A stretch of DNA of 64,000 bases, taken from assembly GCA_964581415.1 (NCBI GenBank), contig CAZOOJ010000001.1:36096-100095 (forward strand), in the 5' to 3' direction. Below are positions 37,383 through 46,626 of the stretch, one piece after another (the stretch's first letter is position 1; each line of letters starts with the position of its first letter). Source of the DNA: Candidatus Woesearchaeota archaeon. Lineage in GTDB: Archaea > Nanobdellota > Nanobdellia > Pacearchaeales > GW2011-AR1. The translations under genes and the position numbers were made by a program. Under the pieces are notes generated by a model. It worked only from the letters and a program-made list of their open reading frames with translations. It did not search any database and was not told the origin of the DNA.

Positions 37383-37826
37383 ATGGATGGAAGAACTGGA
37401 ACAGGAAATTCAGAAAAGTATTCTTTTCCATTTGTAATTCCTAAAGAGACTAAAGAAATGTCAAAAAAAGAAGCAAGATTATTAGTTAATCGTTTATTTC
37501 CTATAAATAGAAAAAGAGGAGAATTAGCAAATGAAAATAAACCAAAACTTCAAGAAATAATTGAGAATATTGGCAATTTATCAGGAGATAATTTTAATTA
37601 TCATGGTTATATTACAAATAAAGGAATTCATCAAGGAGTGACAGGAAAAAGAGAAGGATATTTTTTAATTGATGAAAAAACAGGAAATGCTTATCAAATA
37701 CCTAAAAAAAGAGTAATAATAAATGATGGAACAATTGAAGGAGTTTTCACTGATATGAAGAATATAAAAAGAGATACTAATCCTGCAGAAGGAAGGTTTT
37801 ACGGAATAATTAAATTAAAAAATTAA
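37383..37826 (+). CDS. Hypothetical protein (147 aa) inserted between rps12 and rps7
   Basis: ORF MDGRTGTGNSEKYSF… with GGAGA just upstream. The ORF-track start (37362) overlaps rps12, so the downstream ATG is used. No family recognised. Confidence 0.35.
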   Translation: MDGRTGTGNSEKYSFPFVIPKETKEMSKKEARLLVNRLFPINRKRGELANENKPKLQEIIENIGNLSGDNFNYHGYITNKGIHQGVTGKREGYFLIDEKTGNAYQIPKKRVIINDGTIEGVFTDMKNIKRDTNPAEGRFYGIIKLKN

Positions 37827-37827
37827 A

Positions 37828-38439
37828 ATGACATCACAAACTTTACCAAAATTCAAAATTTTTGATTTATATGAAACAACAGAAATAAATGTAGAGGATG
37901 TTGGATTAAAAAATGTGATAAATTTAGAGCCAAAGTTATCTTTAAAAAGTCATGGAAGAAATGTTCAGAAATTTGGACAAACTAAAACAAACATTGTTGA
38001 AAGACTCATAAATCGAGTGAGTGTCGCAGGACATAGAGGAAAAAAACACAGAATTATTCTGGGACATTCCACAGGAAAATATTCAAAAAATTCAAAAATT
38101 GTTTTAGAAGCTTTTAGAATTATTGAAAAAAGAACAAATAAAAATCCTGTTGAAATTCTAGTAAGAGCTATTGAAAATTCAGCTCCAAGAGATGAAATAA
38201 CAGTAATTGAATATGGAGGTGCAAAATATCCTCAAGCAGTTGATGTTTCTCCATTAAGAAGAGTTAATTTAGCATTAAGAAATCTTGTTCATGGTGCTTC
38301 AGATAAAGCGTTTAATAAAAAGAAAACAATAGCACAAGGAATTGCAGAAGAGATTATTCTTGCTTCTGAAAAAAACGGAGAAAGTTTTGCAATAAAGAAA
38401 AAGAACGAGTCTGAAAAGCAGGCTGATTCTGCGAGATAA
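37828..38439 (+). CDS. rps7: Ribosomal protein S7 (uS7)
   Basis: …IVERLINRV…VLEAFRIIEKRT…NPVEILVRAIENSAPRDEIT…SPLRRVNLALRNL… matches the uS7 blocks. Confidence 0.9.
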   Translation: MTSQTLPKFKIFDLYETTEINVEDVGLKNVINLEPKLSLKSHGRNVQKFGQTKTNIVERLINRVSVAGHRGKKHRIILGHSTGKYSKNSKIVLEAFRIIEKRTNKNPVEILVRAIENSAPRDEITVIEYGGAKYPQAVDVSPLRRVNLALRNLVHGASDKAFNKKKTIAQGIAEEIILASEKNGESFAIKKKNESEKQADSAR

Positions 38440-38470
38440 AGTGAATAAATTAAAATATTTAATTTAGAGA

Positions 38471-38668
38471 ATGATTATAGGTAGTTTGGGATATTTCTGC
38501 GTAAAAAGTTGTGATATGTATAAAGATATAAAAAAACTTGAGCAAAAACTTGAAGAAATGAATAAACAAATCATTCCCCTAGAAAAAGAGATGAAGAATT
38601 ATAAAATTCCTTTTAAAGAATCTTTTTTTGTTGAAAGAATAAAAGAGAATCATAACAATAATTTTTAA
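38471..38668 (+). CDS. Hypothetical small protein (65 aa)
   Basis: ORF only; coiled-coil-like. Confidence 0.2.
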   Translation: MIIGSLGYFCVKSCDMYKDIKKLEQKLEEMNKQIIPLEKEMKNYKIPFKESFFVERIKENHNNNF

Positions 38669-38692
38669 AAATATTGAAGTTTATTTTAAATT

Positions 38693-39064
38693 ATGACTCC
38701 AAAAGAACCTCCTTCAAAATTATATATTTCTGGACATGCTTTAACTAAAAGCATAGATAAAAAAGAGATTCCTTATCTTTTTGAAAAAGATAATAGAGAA
38801 AGAAGAAAATTTTTAAAAGAGAGATTTCAAAAACCCTGTTCTGCTGAAGTTTTAAAAGAATCTCAATTGCCTGAATCTATTAAAAAAAGCAGTCTGTTAC
38901 ATCATAGTAAAGAAAAAGATAGATATATTCTTTTAGATCGCGACTCTAATATTTTCTGTGTAGTTTGTTATAAAGAAAATATTGGAACAATAGTTAGTAT
39001 TGATTCTTTTGATAGATATAAAAAAGGATTCAGATTAAGTGAGATAGTAAAAGGAAAACAATAA
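38693..39064 (+). CDS. Hypothetical protein (123 aa)
   Basis: ORF only. Confidence 0.25.
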   Translation: MTPKEPPSKLYISGHALTKSIDKKEIPYLFEKDNRERRKFLKERFQKPCSAEVLKESQLPESIKKSSLLHHSKEKDRYILLDRDSNIFCVVCYKENIGTIVSIDSFDRYKKGFRLSEIVKGKQ

Positions 39065-39125
39065 AAAACTTTAAAAACAAATTTCTCAATTAAGTTATAT
39101 TCTTTAATAATTAGAAGAAGATAAC

Positions 39126-41291
39126 ATGGTAGAAGAAAAAACAAAAAAAATTTGGAAGTTGATGGAAAAGCAGGATCACATTCGTAACATAGCAATTGCC
39201 GCACATATCGACCACGGAAAAACAACTTTCTCTGACAATCTCTTATCCGGAGCTGGAATGCTTTCAAAAGAAACAGCAGGAAAACAAAGATTCTTAGATT
39301 TTCATGAAGATGAATCAACAAGAGGAATTACAATTGACTCTGCATCTGTTTCAATGATTCATACATTTAAAGGAGAAGACTATTTGATTAATTTAATTGA
39401 TACTCCAGGACATGTTGATTTTGGTGGAGATGTTACAAGAGCAATGAGAGCTGTTGATGGATGTGTTGTTTTATGCTGTGCTGTTGAAGGAGTCATGCCA
39501 CAAACAGAGACTGTTTTAAGACAAGCATTAAAAGAACTTGTAAAACCTGTTTTATTCATAAACAAAGTTGACAGATTAATCAAAGAAGTAAAACTAACTC
39601 CTCAGGAAATGGAGAAAAAATTTATTTCTATAATTGAGCATGTTAATGAATTAATTGAAAATATTGCTCCAGAAGGATATAAAGAGAAATGGAAAGTTTC
39701 TGTTAGTGATGGAAGCGTTGCATTTGGTTCTGCATTTCACAACTGGGCTTTAAGTTTTCCTTATATGGAAAAAAAAGGAATTACTTTTAAAGATGTTATT
39801 GATGCTTATGAAAAAGATAGTTATAAAGAATTAGCAAAAAAAGCTCCATTGCATGAAGTTGTTTTAGAAATGAGCATTAAGCATCATCCTAATCCACTTC
39901 AGGCACAACCCTATAGAATTCCAAGAATATGGTTTGGAGATTCTGAATCTGAAATTGGAAAAGCATTAAAAAAATGCGATATAAAAGGCCCTCCTGTTTT
40001 TGTTCCTATTAAAATTGTTGTTGACAAGCATGCAGGAGAAGTTGCTGCAGGAAGATTATTTTCTGGAACAATAAAACAGGGTGATGAAGTTTATATGAAT
40101 CTTGCAAAAAGAAACATAAGAGTTCAGCAGGTTTCTGTTTATAAAGGAGCCCAGAGAATAATTGTTGATGAAGTTTCTGCAGGAAACATCATAGGAGTTG
40201 TTGGTTTAAAAGATGTTTTTGCAGGAGAAACAGTAAGTAAAGAGCCAATAGAAGCTTTTGAGGCAATAAAGCATTTATTTGAACCTGTTGTTACAAAATC
40301 TATTGAAGCTAAAAAAGCAGCTGATTTGCCAAAATTAATTGAAGTTTTAAAACATGTTGCTAAGGAAGACCCTTCTATAAAAGTTGAAATCAATGAACAA
40401 ACTGGAGAAAGTTTAATTTCAGGAATGGGGGAGTTGCATTTAGAAATTATTGAGAATAGAATTAAAAGTGAAAAAGGATTAGATGTCAAAACTTCACAGC
40501 CCATTATAGTTTACAGAGAAACAATAGGAAAAGAATCTTCTGTAGTTGAAGGAAGAAGTCCAAACAAACATAATAGTTTTTTTCTAAAAGTTGCTCCTTT
40601 AGAAGAAAAGATTTATGAAGCAATAAAATCTGGAGAACTTCCTGAAGGAAGAATCAAAAAGAAAAATCAAGAGATTGCAGAAAGTCTCTCAAATCTCGGA
40701 TGGACAGGTGATGAAATAAGAAATGTAAAAGAGATTTACAATGGAAATTTATTTTTAGATGAAACAAGGGGAGAAGTTCACATTCAAGAAGTAATTGAAA
40801 TGATTATGGATGCATTTGAAAAAGTAATGGATCAGGGTTCTTTAGCAAGAGAGCCTTGTATGAGAATGAAAGTTTCTTTAGTTGATATAAAGCTTCATGA
40901 AGATGCAATTCATAGAGGTCCAGCTCAGGTTTATCCTGCTATAAGAGAAGGAATAACAGGAGCAATTAAAAAAGCAGATCCTTTTTTGTTTGAACCTTTG
41001 CAAATTCAGGTTATAGAGATGCCTGATAAATTTCTAGGAGGAATAACAAAATTAATAGGAAGCAAAAGAGGACAGATAATTAACATAGAACAAGAGGGAA
41101 CAATAGCAAAAATGAAAGCAAAACTTCCTGTTGCAGAAATGTTAGGATGGAGTAATGATTTGAGAAGCGCCACAGAAGGAAGAGGAAATTCATCAATTCT
41201 TGACCAGTTATTTGAAAAAGTTCCAAAAAGTCTGGAAGCTGATGTTATTAGAAAAATAAGAGAAAGGAAAGGATTGAGTGAAAATCAGTGA
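39126..41291 (+). CDS. fusA: Translation elongation factor 2 (aEF-2)
   Basis: G-domain motifs AHIDHGKTT, DTPGHVDF and NKVDR. The diphthamide-site region …DAIHRGPAQV… is present. Confidence 0.9.
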   Translation: MVEEKTKKIWKLMEKQDHIRNIAIAAHIDHGKTTFSDNLLSGAGMLSKETAGKQRFLDFHEDESTRGITIDSASVSMIHTFKGEDYLINLIDTPGHVDFGGDVTRAMRAVDGCVVLCCAVEGVMPQTETVLRQALKELVKPVLFINKVDRLIKEVKLTPQEMEKKFISIIEHVNELIENIAPEGYKEKWKVSVSDGSVAFGSAFHNWALSFPYMEKKGITFKDVIDAYEKDSYKELAKKAPLHEVVLEMSIKHHPNPLQAQPYRIPRIWFGDSESEIGKALKKCDIKGPPVFVPIKIVVDKHAGEVAAGRLFSGTIKQGDEVYMNLAKRNIRVQQVSVYKGAQRIIVDEVSAGNIIGVVGLKDVFAGETVSKEPIEAFEAIKHLFEPVVTKSIEAKKAADLPKLIEVLKHVAKEDPSIKVEINEQTGESLISGMGELHLEIIENRIKSEKGLDVKTSQPIIVYRETIGKESSVVEGRSPNKHNSFFLKVAPLEEKIYEAIKSGELPEGRIKKKNQEIAESLSNLGWTGDEIRNVKEIYNGNLFLDETRGEVHIQEVIEMIMDAFEKVMDQGSLAREPCMRMKVSLVDIKLHEDAIHRGPAQVYPAIREGITGAIKKADPFLFEPLQIQVIEMPDKFLGGITKLIGSKRGQIINIEQEGTIAKMKAKLPVAEMLGWSNDLRSATEGRGNSSILDQLFEKVPKSLEADVIRKIRERKGLSENQ

Positions 41292-41603
41292 TTTCTCCTT
41301 TAGTACAATAATTCTTTAAATATCAAATATCTAAAAAGATTATATCTAGAAAAAAATTAGTTGATTTAACAAAACTTCAAAAAGAGATTAAAAATAATCT
41401 GGGGCTTGTTGAAATCTCCGATAAATCCAATAACAAAAGATGTAGAGAATCCAGAAAAAGCTGGAGTAACATCGTTTAAAGCGATGAGAACTGCCTACGA
41501 TAACATTTTAAGTTATCTTAAAAGAGGTGATATATAGAATTCTAATGGAAAGAAGATTTAATTGATTAAATCAAAACACTTCCTATTATCGAAAATATGA
41601 ACT

Positions 41604-41840
41604 TCAACTCTCTTTAATTTTCTCCTCAATTATCTGTGAAATAGACTTTCCTGTTTTTTCTCTAAGTTTTTTCAGTTTATTTATAGTATCTACTGATAAA
41701 GTCAAATCTATCCTTTTTTTTTGAAAAGGAAGTTGATGAGTCTTATCATAGTTTTCCAAAATTTGAAAGGCTTCTTTATTCTCTTTCAAAATTTGTTTTA
41801 TTTCTTTTATTTTCATTTTATCGCAGTTTTTAATCTCCAC
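41604..41840 (-). CDS. Ribbon-helix-helix (CopG-like) putative antitoxin, encoded downstream of the Doc toxin gene
   Basis: C-terminal …RIDLTLSVDTINKLKKLREKTGKSISQIIEE… shows a beta-strand plus helix RHH pattern. It overlaps the Doc ORF by 28 nt. Confidence 0.45.
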   Translation of the reverse strand: MEIKNCDKMKIKEIKQILKENKEAFQILENYDKTHQLPFQKKRIDLTLSVDTINKLKKLREKTGKSISQIIEEKIKES

Positions 41841-42154
41841 TCAATATTTCTTATCTCCTGAATATTTTTTTTAGTAATTGAAGTTAACTGATAAATCAGC
41901 ATGTCTCTGTCTACTTTTTTCTTTTTTTCTTTAGCAAATGCAAATACTAAAAACATTGCTGTTCGTTTATTTCCATCTGAAAAAGGATGGTCTACTAATA
42001 TTGCTCTTAACAAATAAGCAAGTTGCTTGTAAGGGCCTATTTTACTATCTTCAATTTTTCTGAAAGCAAAATCCAAACTGGAATCACTTCTAAGATTCCC
42101 TCCAAATCCCTGATTAATTCTTAATAGGTCTTTCTTACTAATTTTCATACACAT
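41813..42154 (-). CDS. doc: Doc/Fic-family toxin (death-on-curing)
   Basis: HPFSDGNKRTA matches the Doc variant (HxFx(D/N)GNKR) of the Fic motif. Size 113 aa. Confidence 0.7.
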   Translation of the reverse strand: MCMKISKKDLLRINQGFGGNLRSDSSLDFAFRKIEDSKIGPYKQLAYLLRAILVDHPFSDGNKRTAMFLVFAFAKEKKKKVDRDMLIYQLTSITKKNIQEIRNIEWRLKTAIK

Positions 42155-42190
42155 AAATAATAGTTATTGATTTATAAATATTTTGTTTCT

Positions 42191-42991
42191 TTAAATCAAA
42201 ACACTCGCAATCATCAGCAATGCAAAGATTAAAACAAACCATCCAAAATTAATTTTTCTTGAAAATTTCATTAATCCTGAAATAGTTAAAAGTCCGAAAA
42301 CAAAAGAAGCTAATAATCCATAAATTGCAGTTCCTGAAAAGATTTTTATAAACTCATTAAAATTAAGAAATATATTTCCAAATAAAATAATTGGAAGACT
42401 CATTAAAAAACTTAATCTTAATGCAGTTGTATCGTCGAACTTTCTAAGAAGTAAAATTGAAATTGTAATTCCTGAACGTGATATTCCTGGAAAGCTCGCA
42501 AAACTTTGAGCGATTCCAAGTAAAATTCCATCTTTATTTTCCAAACTTCTTTCTCTTTTCAAACCTCTCTTTTTTATTTTTATCTGAATTATTCCAGTAA
42601 ATAATAAAAGAATTCCCACTAAGAAAGTTATAGTCTTTCCTGTAAATTCAAATTTCTCTAATATTAATATTTTTAAAATAAGCAAACCAAGAAAACTCGT
42701 AATTAAAGTTGAAATAATTAAAAATTTTAAAGTTTTTTTTGAGAATTCGTCCTGATATTTGTATTTAAACAAAGTTGTAAAAAGTTGAATAACTTCTTTT
42801 CTAAAATAAATCAGTGCTGCAAAAAATGTTCCTAAATGCAAAAATAAAAGAGTATGAATTAATTTGTCAATTTCAGTAATTCCAAAAAGATTAGACATAA
42901 TAAGAATAATAATTCCACTAGAACTTAAAGGAAGCCATTCTGTAATTCCCTGAATAGTTCCTATTATTAATTGTTGAATAATTGTGAGCAT
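42191..42991 (-). CDS. uppP: Undecaprenyl-diphosphatase (UppP/BacA family)
   Basis: N-terminus …GTIQGITEWLPLSSSGIIILI… is the UppP signature (E-x-LP-x-SSSGH-like). It is a multi-TM protein and has the …SRSGITI… second motif. Confidence 0.7.
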   Translation of the reverse strand: MLTIIQQLIIGTIQGITEWLPLSSSGIIILIMSNLFGITEIDKLIHTLLFLHLGTFFAALIYFRKEVIQLFTTLFKYKYQDEFSKKTLKFLIISTLITSFLGLLILKILILEKFEFTGKTITFLVGILLLFTGIIQIKIKKRGLKRERSLENKDGILLGIAQSFASFPGISRSGITISILLLRKFDDTTALRLSFLMSLPIILFGNIFLNFNEFIKIFSGTAIYGLLASFVFGLLTISGLMKFSRKINFGWFVLIFALLMIASVLI

Positions 42992-43171
42992 GTTTTAATT
43001 ATAAAAAGAGAGTTAAAAAATATTTTGTAGATAATATTCTAATTATTTTATTCTGTAATTCTCCAAATTTTTTGAATATAAAACTTGCAAATAAATTTTT
43101 CTCACAGAAAAATTTATAAAGGCATATTTTTTTAAATTAACACTAAACATTTTTAATAATCAAATTATAAA

Positions 43172-44458
43172 ATGGCAAAAGAAAAACCAAATATGAATGT
43201 TGTGTTTGTAGGGCACATCGATGCTGGAAAATCAACAATAGTCGGACAGCTTTTATTTCAAAGTGGTGCTGTTTCTGAACAAGAAATGAAAAAATTAAGA
43301 GAAGAAGCTGAAAAACACGGAAAAGTTGGTTTTGAATTTGCATACATCATGGATAAAATAAGAGAAAGCAGAGAAAGAGGAGTTACAATTGATTTATCTT
43401 ATAAAAAGATAATGACTCAAAAATATCAGATAACAATCATTGATGCACCTGGACATAGAGATTTTGTTAAAAATATGATTACAGGAGCAAGTCAGGCAGA
43501 CGCTGCATTTTTAGTTATTGCTGCTCCAGCAGGTGTTCAGCTTCAGACTACAGAGCATTTATGGTTATTAAGAACCATGGGTGTAAAAAATATCTGTATT
43601 GCAATTAATAAGATGGATGCTGTAGGATATAAAGAAGAAACTTTTAATAAAGTTAAAGAAGATATGGGAAAATTATTACAAGGTGTGGGAATCAAACCTG
43701 AAGACACTACATTTATTGCATGCTCTGGATTAAAGGGAGATAATATAACTAAAAAATCAGAAAATATGCCTTGGTATAAAGGACCAACTATCTTAGAGCA
43801 ATTTGATTCATTTCCAGAACCAAAATTACCAACTGAATTACCATTAAGAATGCCTGTTCAAGATGTTTATGAGATTACAGGTATTGGAACTGTTCCTGTT
43901 GGAAAAATTGAAACAGGAATTATGAAGATTGGGCAAAAAGTAAAGGTTCTTCCAGGAAGAACAGGAAAAGGAATTGAAGGAGAAGTAAAATCAATAGAAA
44001 TGCATCATGAATCTCTACCAGAAGCTTCAGCAGGAGATAATGTTGGAATTAATATTAGAGGAGTCGGTAAAAAGGACATTGCAAGAGGAGATATTATTTG
44101 TGCCTCTGAAAAACCAACTCCAGTTGTAGAAGAATTTATAGCTACAGTAACAGTAATTAATCATCCAAGTGTATTAGCAAAAGGATATACACCAGTATTT
44201 CATATTCACACTGCACAAGTTCCGTGCCAGTTTATTGAATTAATAGCTCAGATTGATCCAAGAACAGGAGAAACAATTAAGGAGAATCCTGACTTTCTAA
44301 AAAATGGTGATTCAGCAAAAGTAAGAATCAAACCACAAGGAAATCTATGCTTAGAAACTCAGAAAGAAAATCCATTCACAAGCAGATTTGCAGTAAGAGA
44401 TGCTGGAGCAACAGTTGCTGCAGGAATGTGCACTGAAATTGTCAAGAAAAAGGAATAA
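43172..44458 (+). CDS. tuf: Translation elongation factor 1-alpha (aEF-1alpha)
   Basis: GHIDAGKST, DAPGHRDF and NKMD G-motifs. 428 aa. Confidence 0.9.
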   Translation: MAKEKPNMNVVFVGHIDAGKSTIVGQLLFQSGAVSEQEMKKLREEAEKHGKVGFEFAYIMDKIRESRERGVTIDLSYKKIMTQKYQITIIDAPGHRDFVKNMITGASQADAAFLVIAAPAGVQLQTTEHLWLLRTMGVKNICIAINKMDAVGYKEETFNKVKEDMGKLLQGVGIKPEDTTFIACSGLKGDNITKKSENMPWYKGPTILEQFDSFPEPKLPTELPLRMPVQDVYEITGIGTVPVGKIETGIMKIGQKVKVLPGRTGKGIEGEVKSIEMHHESLPEASAGDNVGINIRGVGKKDIARGDIICASEKPTPVVEEFIATVTVINHPSVLAKGYTPVFHIHTAQVPCQFIELIAQIDPRTGETIKENPDFLKNGDSAKVRIKPQGNLCLETQKENPFTSRFAVRDAGATVAAGMCTEIVKKKE

Positions 44459-44512
44459 TTCTAAAGGTTTAATTTTAGGAAAAATAAAAAAATAATAAAA
44501 ACTAAATTAAAA

Positions 44513-44746
44513 ATGCCAGCGCCAATTTCAGTAGAAATATATTATGATAAAAGAAGTAATAAAGAAATAAACTCTCTCAATAAAAAATTATCTGAATTAA
44601 CAAGAAAATGTGGAGGAGAATGTTATTCAAATAATCATTCGTTTAACTCTATCTTTGGTAATATTAAAAAAGTGGATAAATTTCATTATTATATTGGTGA
44701 ATTATTTCCAGGAATGAATATTAAAATTTCTTTTCCTTATAAATAG
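44513..44746 (+). CDS. Hypothetical protein (77 aa) at the position where rps10 is normally found. It is not recognisably S10.
   Basis: ORF only. It lacks S10 hallmarks such as GPIPLP in any frame. Confidence 0.2.
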   Translation: MPAPISVEIYYDKRSNKEINSLNKKLSELTRKCGGECYSNNHSFNSIFGNIKKVDKFHYYIGELFPGMNIKISFPYK

Positions 44747-45248
44747 ATTTTAAAAAACAGATTTTTTTAAATAAGTCTTTATTTTAGCCTACTTTTTACA
44801 GAAATCTTAAGCAGTTAAAATGAAATTTATTCTAAGTAAGAATAAGATTACAATCTATCAATATTTATTAACAAAATCTGGAAAATTCATAATGAAATTA
44901 TTTTTTCTTAGTTAAAAAATGTTTTGTATTATAGAGCTTTGTGTATAAGTCTTGATTAGAGGAATTGACTTTTTAACAAATACTGCTTATTTAATAAAGC
45001 CAAAAAAAACAAAAAACTTTATAAAGACATTTAAGCATTTTATCATAGAAAAATACTAATAATATAAAATTATTACATATCACTATCACAATTTATTAAT
45101 TTAAGCAAATCATGCTTTTTTGAAGGTGAAATGTTAATTAGATAACAAATTAACTAGCAGTATTTTTCTAAAAAACTCTTCAGAGTTTTAAAAATTAAAT
45201 AGAATAAAATGAAGATAATAGATTTTCAGATATTTAAAGGAGTTAGAA

Positions 45249-46376
45249 ATGGCAAAAATAAGTCCTGTATCAACAAAATATATGGTTTATGCAAATTTCA
45301 GAGTTGAAGGTGCATTAGAAAAACCAGATGTAATTGGAGCTATATTTGGACAGACAGAAGGACTTTTAGGAAGTGATTTGGAAATGAGAGAACTTCAAAA
45401 AGAAGGGAAAATAGGAAGAATAGAAGTTGAATTAGAAAGAAAAAATAAAATAACATCAGGAATAATTAAGATTCCTACAGCCTTAGATCAGTCAGAAACG
45501 ACTTTAATTGCAGCAGCTATTGAAACAATAGAAAGAATGGGGCCTTGTGACTCTCAAATAGAAGTTGAAAAAATTGAGGATGTTAGAGGAAACAAAAGAG
45601 ATTACATTGTTGATAGAGCTAAAAAACTTATGAGAGGTATTGCAGGTTCAACAAATTCTAGAGAAATTTCAGATCAGATAAAAGATTCAACAAGAATTGC
45701 AGACATAACTGAATATGGAAAAGAAAAACTTCCTTGCGGAAATCTTTCAGAAAAAGAGATAATTGTTGTAGAAGGAAGAGCTGATGTTATAAATCTGATG
45801 AGATATGGAATTAATAATGTAATAGGAATGAATGGAACGAAACTTCCAGATTCAATTAATGAATTAGGCAAAGAAAAAAACTTAACTTTATTTGTTGATG
45901 GTGATAGAGGAGGTAAACTAATTATTCAAAATGTGTTGGATAATGCAAATATAACATACATAACCATAGCACCTGATGGAAAAGAAGTTGAAGAACTAAC
46001 AGGCAAAGAAATTTTTATGAATTTGAGAAAAAAAATTTCTGTAGAGGAATTTTTATCCAGAGAACAGCATTCTTTTAAAGATAGAAATAACTTTAGAAAA
46101 ATTGAAAACAAAGAAAAACTTAAAGAAGTTTTTGAAGAAAATAAAAACTCAAAAAAAGCTGTTCTCTTGGATTCTTCTTTTAATGAAATAAAAAAAGTTT
46201 CAGTCAAAGGTTTGGGAATTGCATTAAAGAGAGGGCAGAATAAACCTTTCGCAATTGTAATTGATGGAATCGCAACAAGAAATCTAATAAATTCTGCAGA
46301 AGAATCTGAAGTGAAGATAATAGCAGCAAAAAATTTTGCAACAACAGATACAACTCTCCAATTAATGAGTTTTTGA
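45249..46376 (+). CDS. dnaG: Archaeal DnaG-like primase (TOPRIM domain)
   Basis: N-terminus …FRVEGALEKPDVIGAIFGQTEGLLG… is the archaeal DnaG signature. TOPRIM motifs IIVVEGRADV and LFVDGDRGG are present. Confidence 0.8.
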   Translation: MAKISPVSTKYMVYANFRVEGALEKPDVIGAIFGQTEGLLGSDLEMRELQKEGKIGRIEVELERKNKITSGIIKIPTALDQSETTLIAAAIETIERMGPCDSQIEVEKIEDVRGNKRDYIVDRAKKLMRGIAGSTNSREISDQIKDSTRIADITEYGKEKLPCGNLSEKEIIVVEGRADVINLMRYGINNVIGMNGTKLPDSINELGKEKNLTLFVDGDRGGKLIIQNVLDNANITYITIAPDGKEVEELTGKEIFMNLRKKISVEEFLSREQHSFKDRNNFRKIENKEKLKEVFEENKNSKKAVLLDSSFNEIKKVSVKGLGIALKRGQNKPFAIVIDGIATRNLINSAEESEVKIIAAKNFATTDTTLQLMSF

Positions 46377-46626
46377 GTATTTTATTATATTGTAAAAATT
46401 CTAAATTGAAATGATTTGTATTTTATTCAAATGAAACATTAAAATTGAGAAATTCAAGTTATATAATTCATGTTAAAATTTCTTAAAGAGAATATTCAAG
46501 TTTTAAAGATTTTAATTTTCACCTAATGTTACTAACAGAAAGTTATTTTTGTAACTATCTAATTACAACAATAGTAAAATTTATAAATACTCATTAAATT
46601 AATATCTTACAAAAAACAAAGGTTTT

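Noticed and set aside
30118-40504. Antisense ORFs inside rpoB, rpoA and EF-2 (30118-30351, 30355-30537, 32644-32847, 34416-34607, 35517-35744, 35784-36011, 39380-39583, 40139-40504)
   Set aside because: They lie opposite highly conserved genes and give low-complexity translations; spurious.
41330-41545. ATG-less open frame (~45 codons, …NPITKDVENPEKAGVTSFKAMRTAYDNILSYLKRGDI*) downstream of EF-2
   Set aside because: No start codon and no motif; probably non-coding or a remnant.
44513-44746. Calling this ORF rps10 because of its position after tuf
   Set aside because: No S10 hallmarks (e.g. GPIPLP) are present in any frame; it is left as hypothetical.
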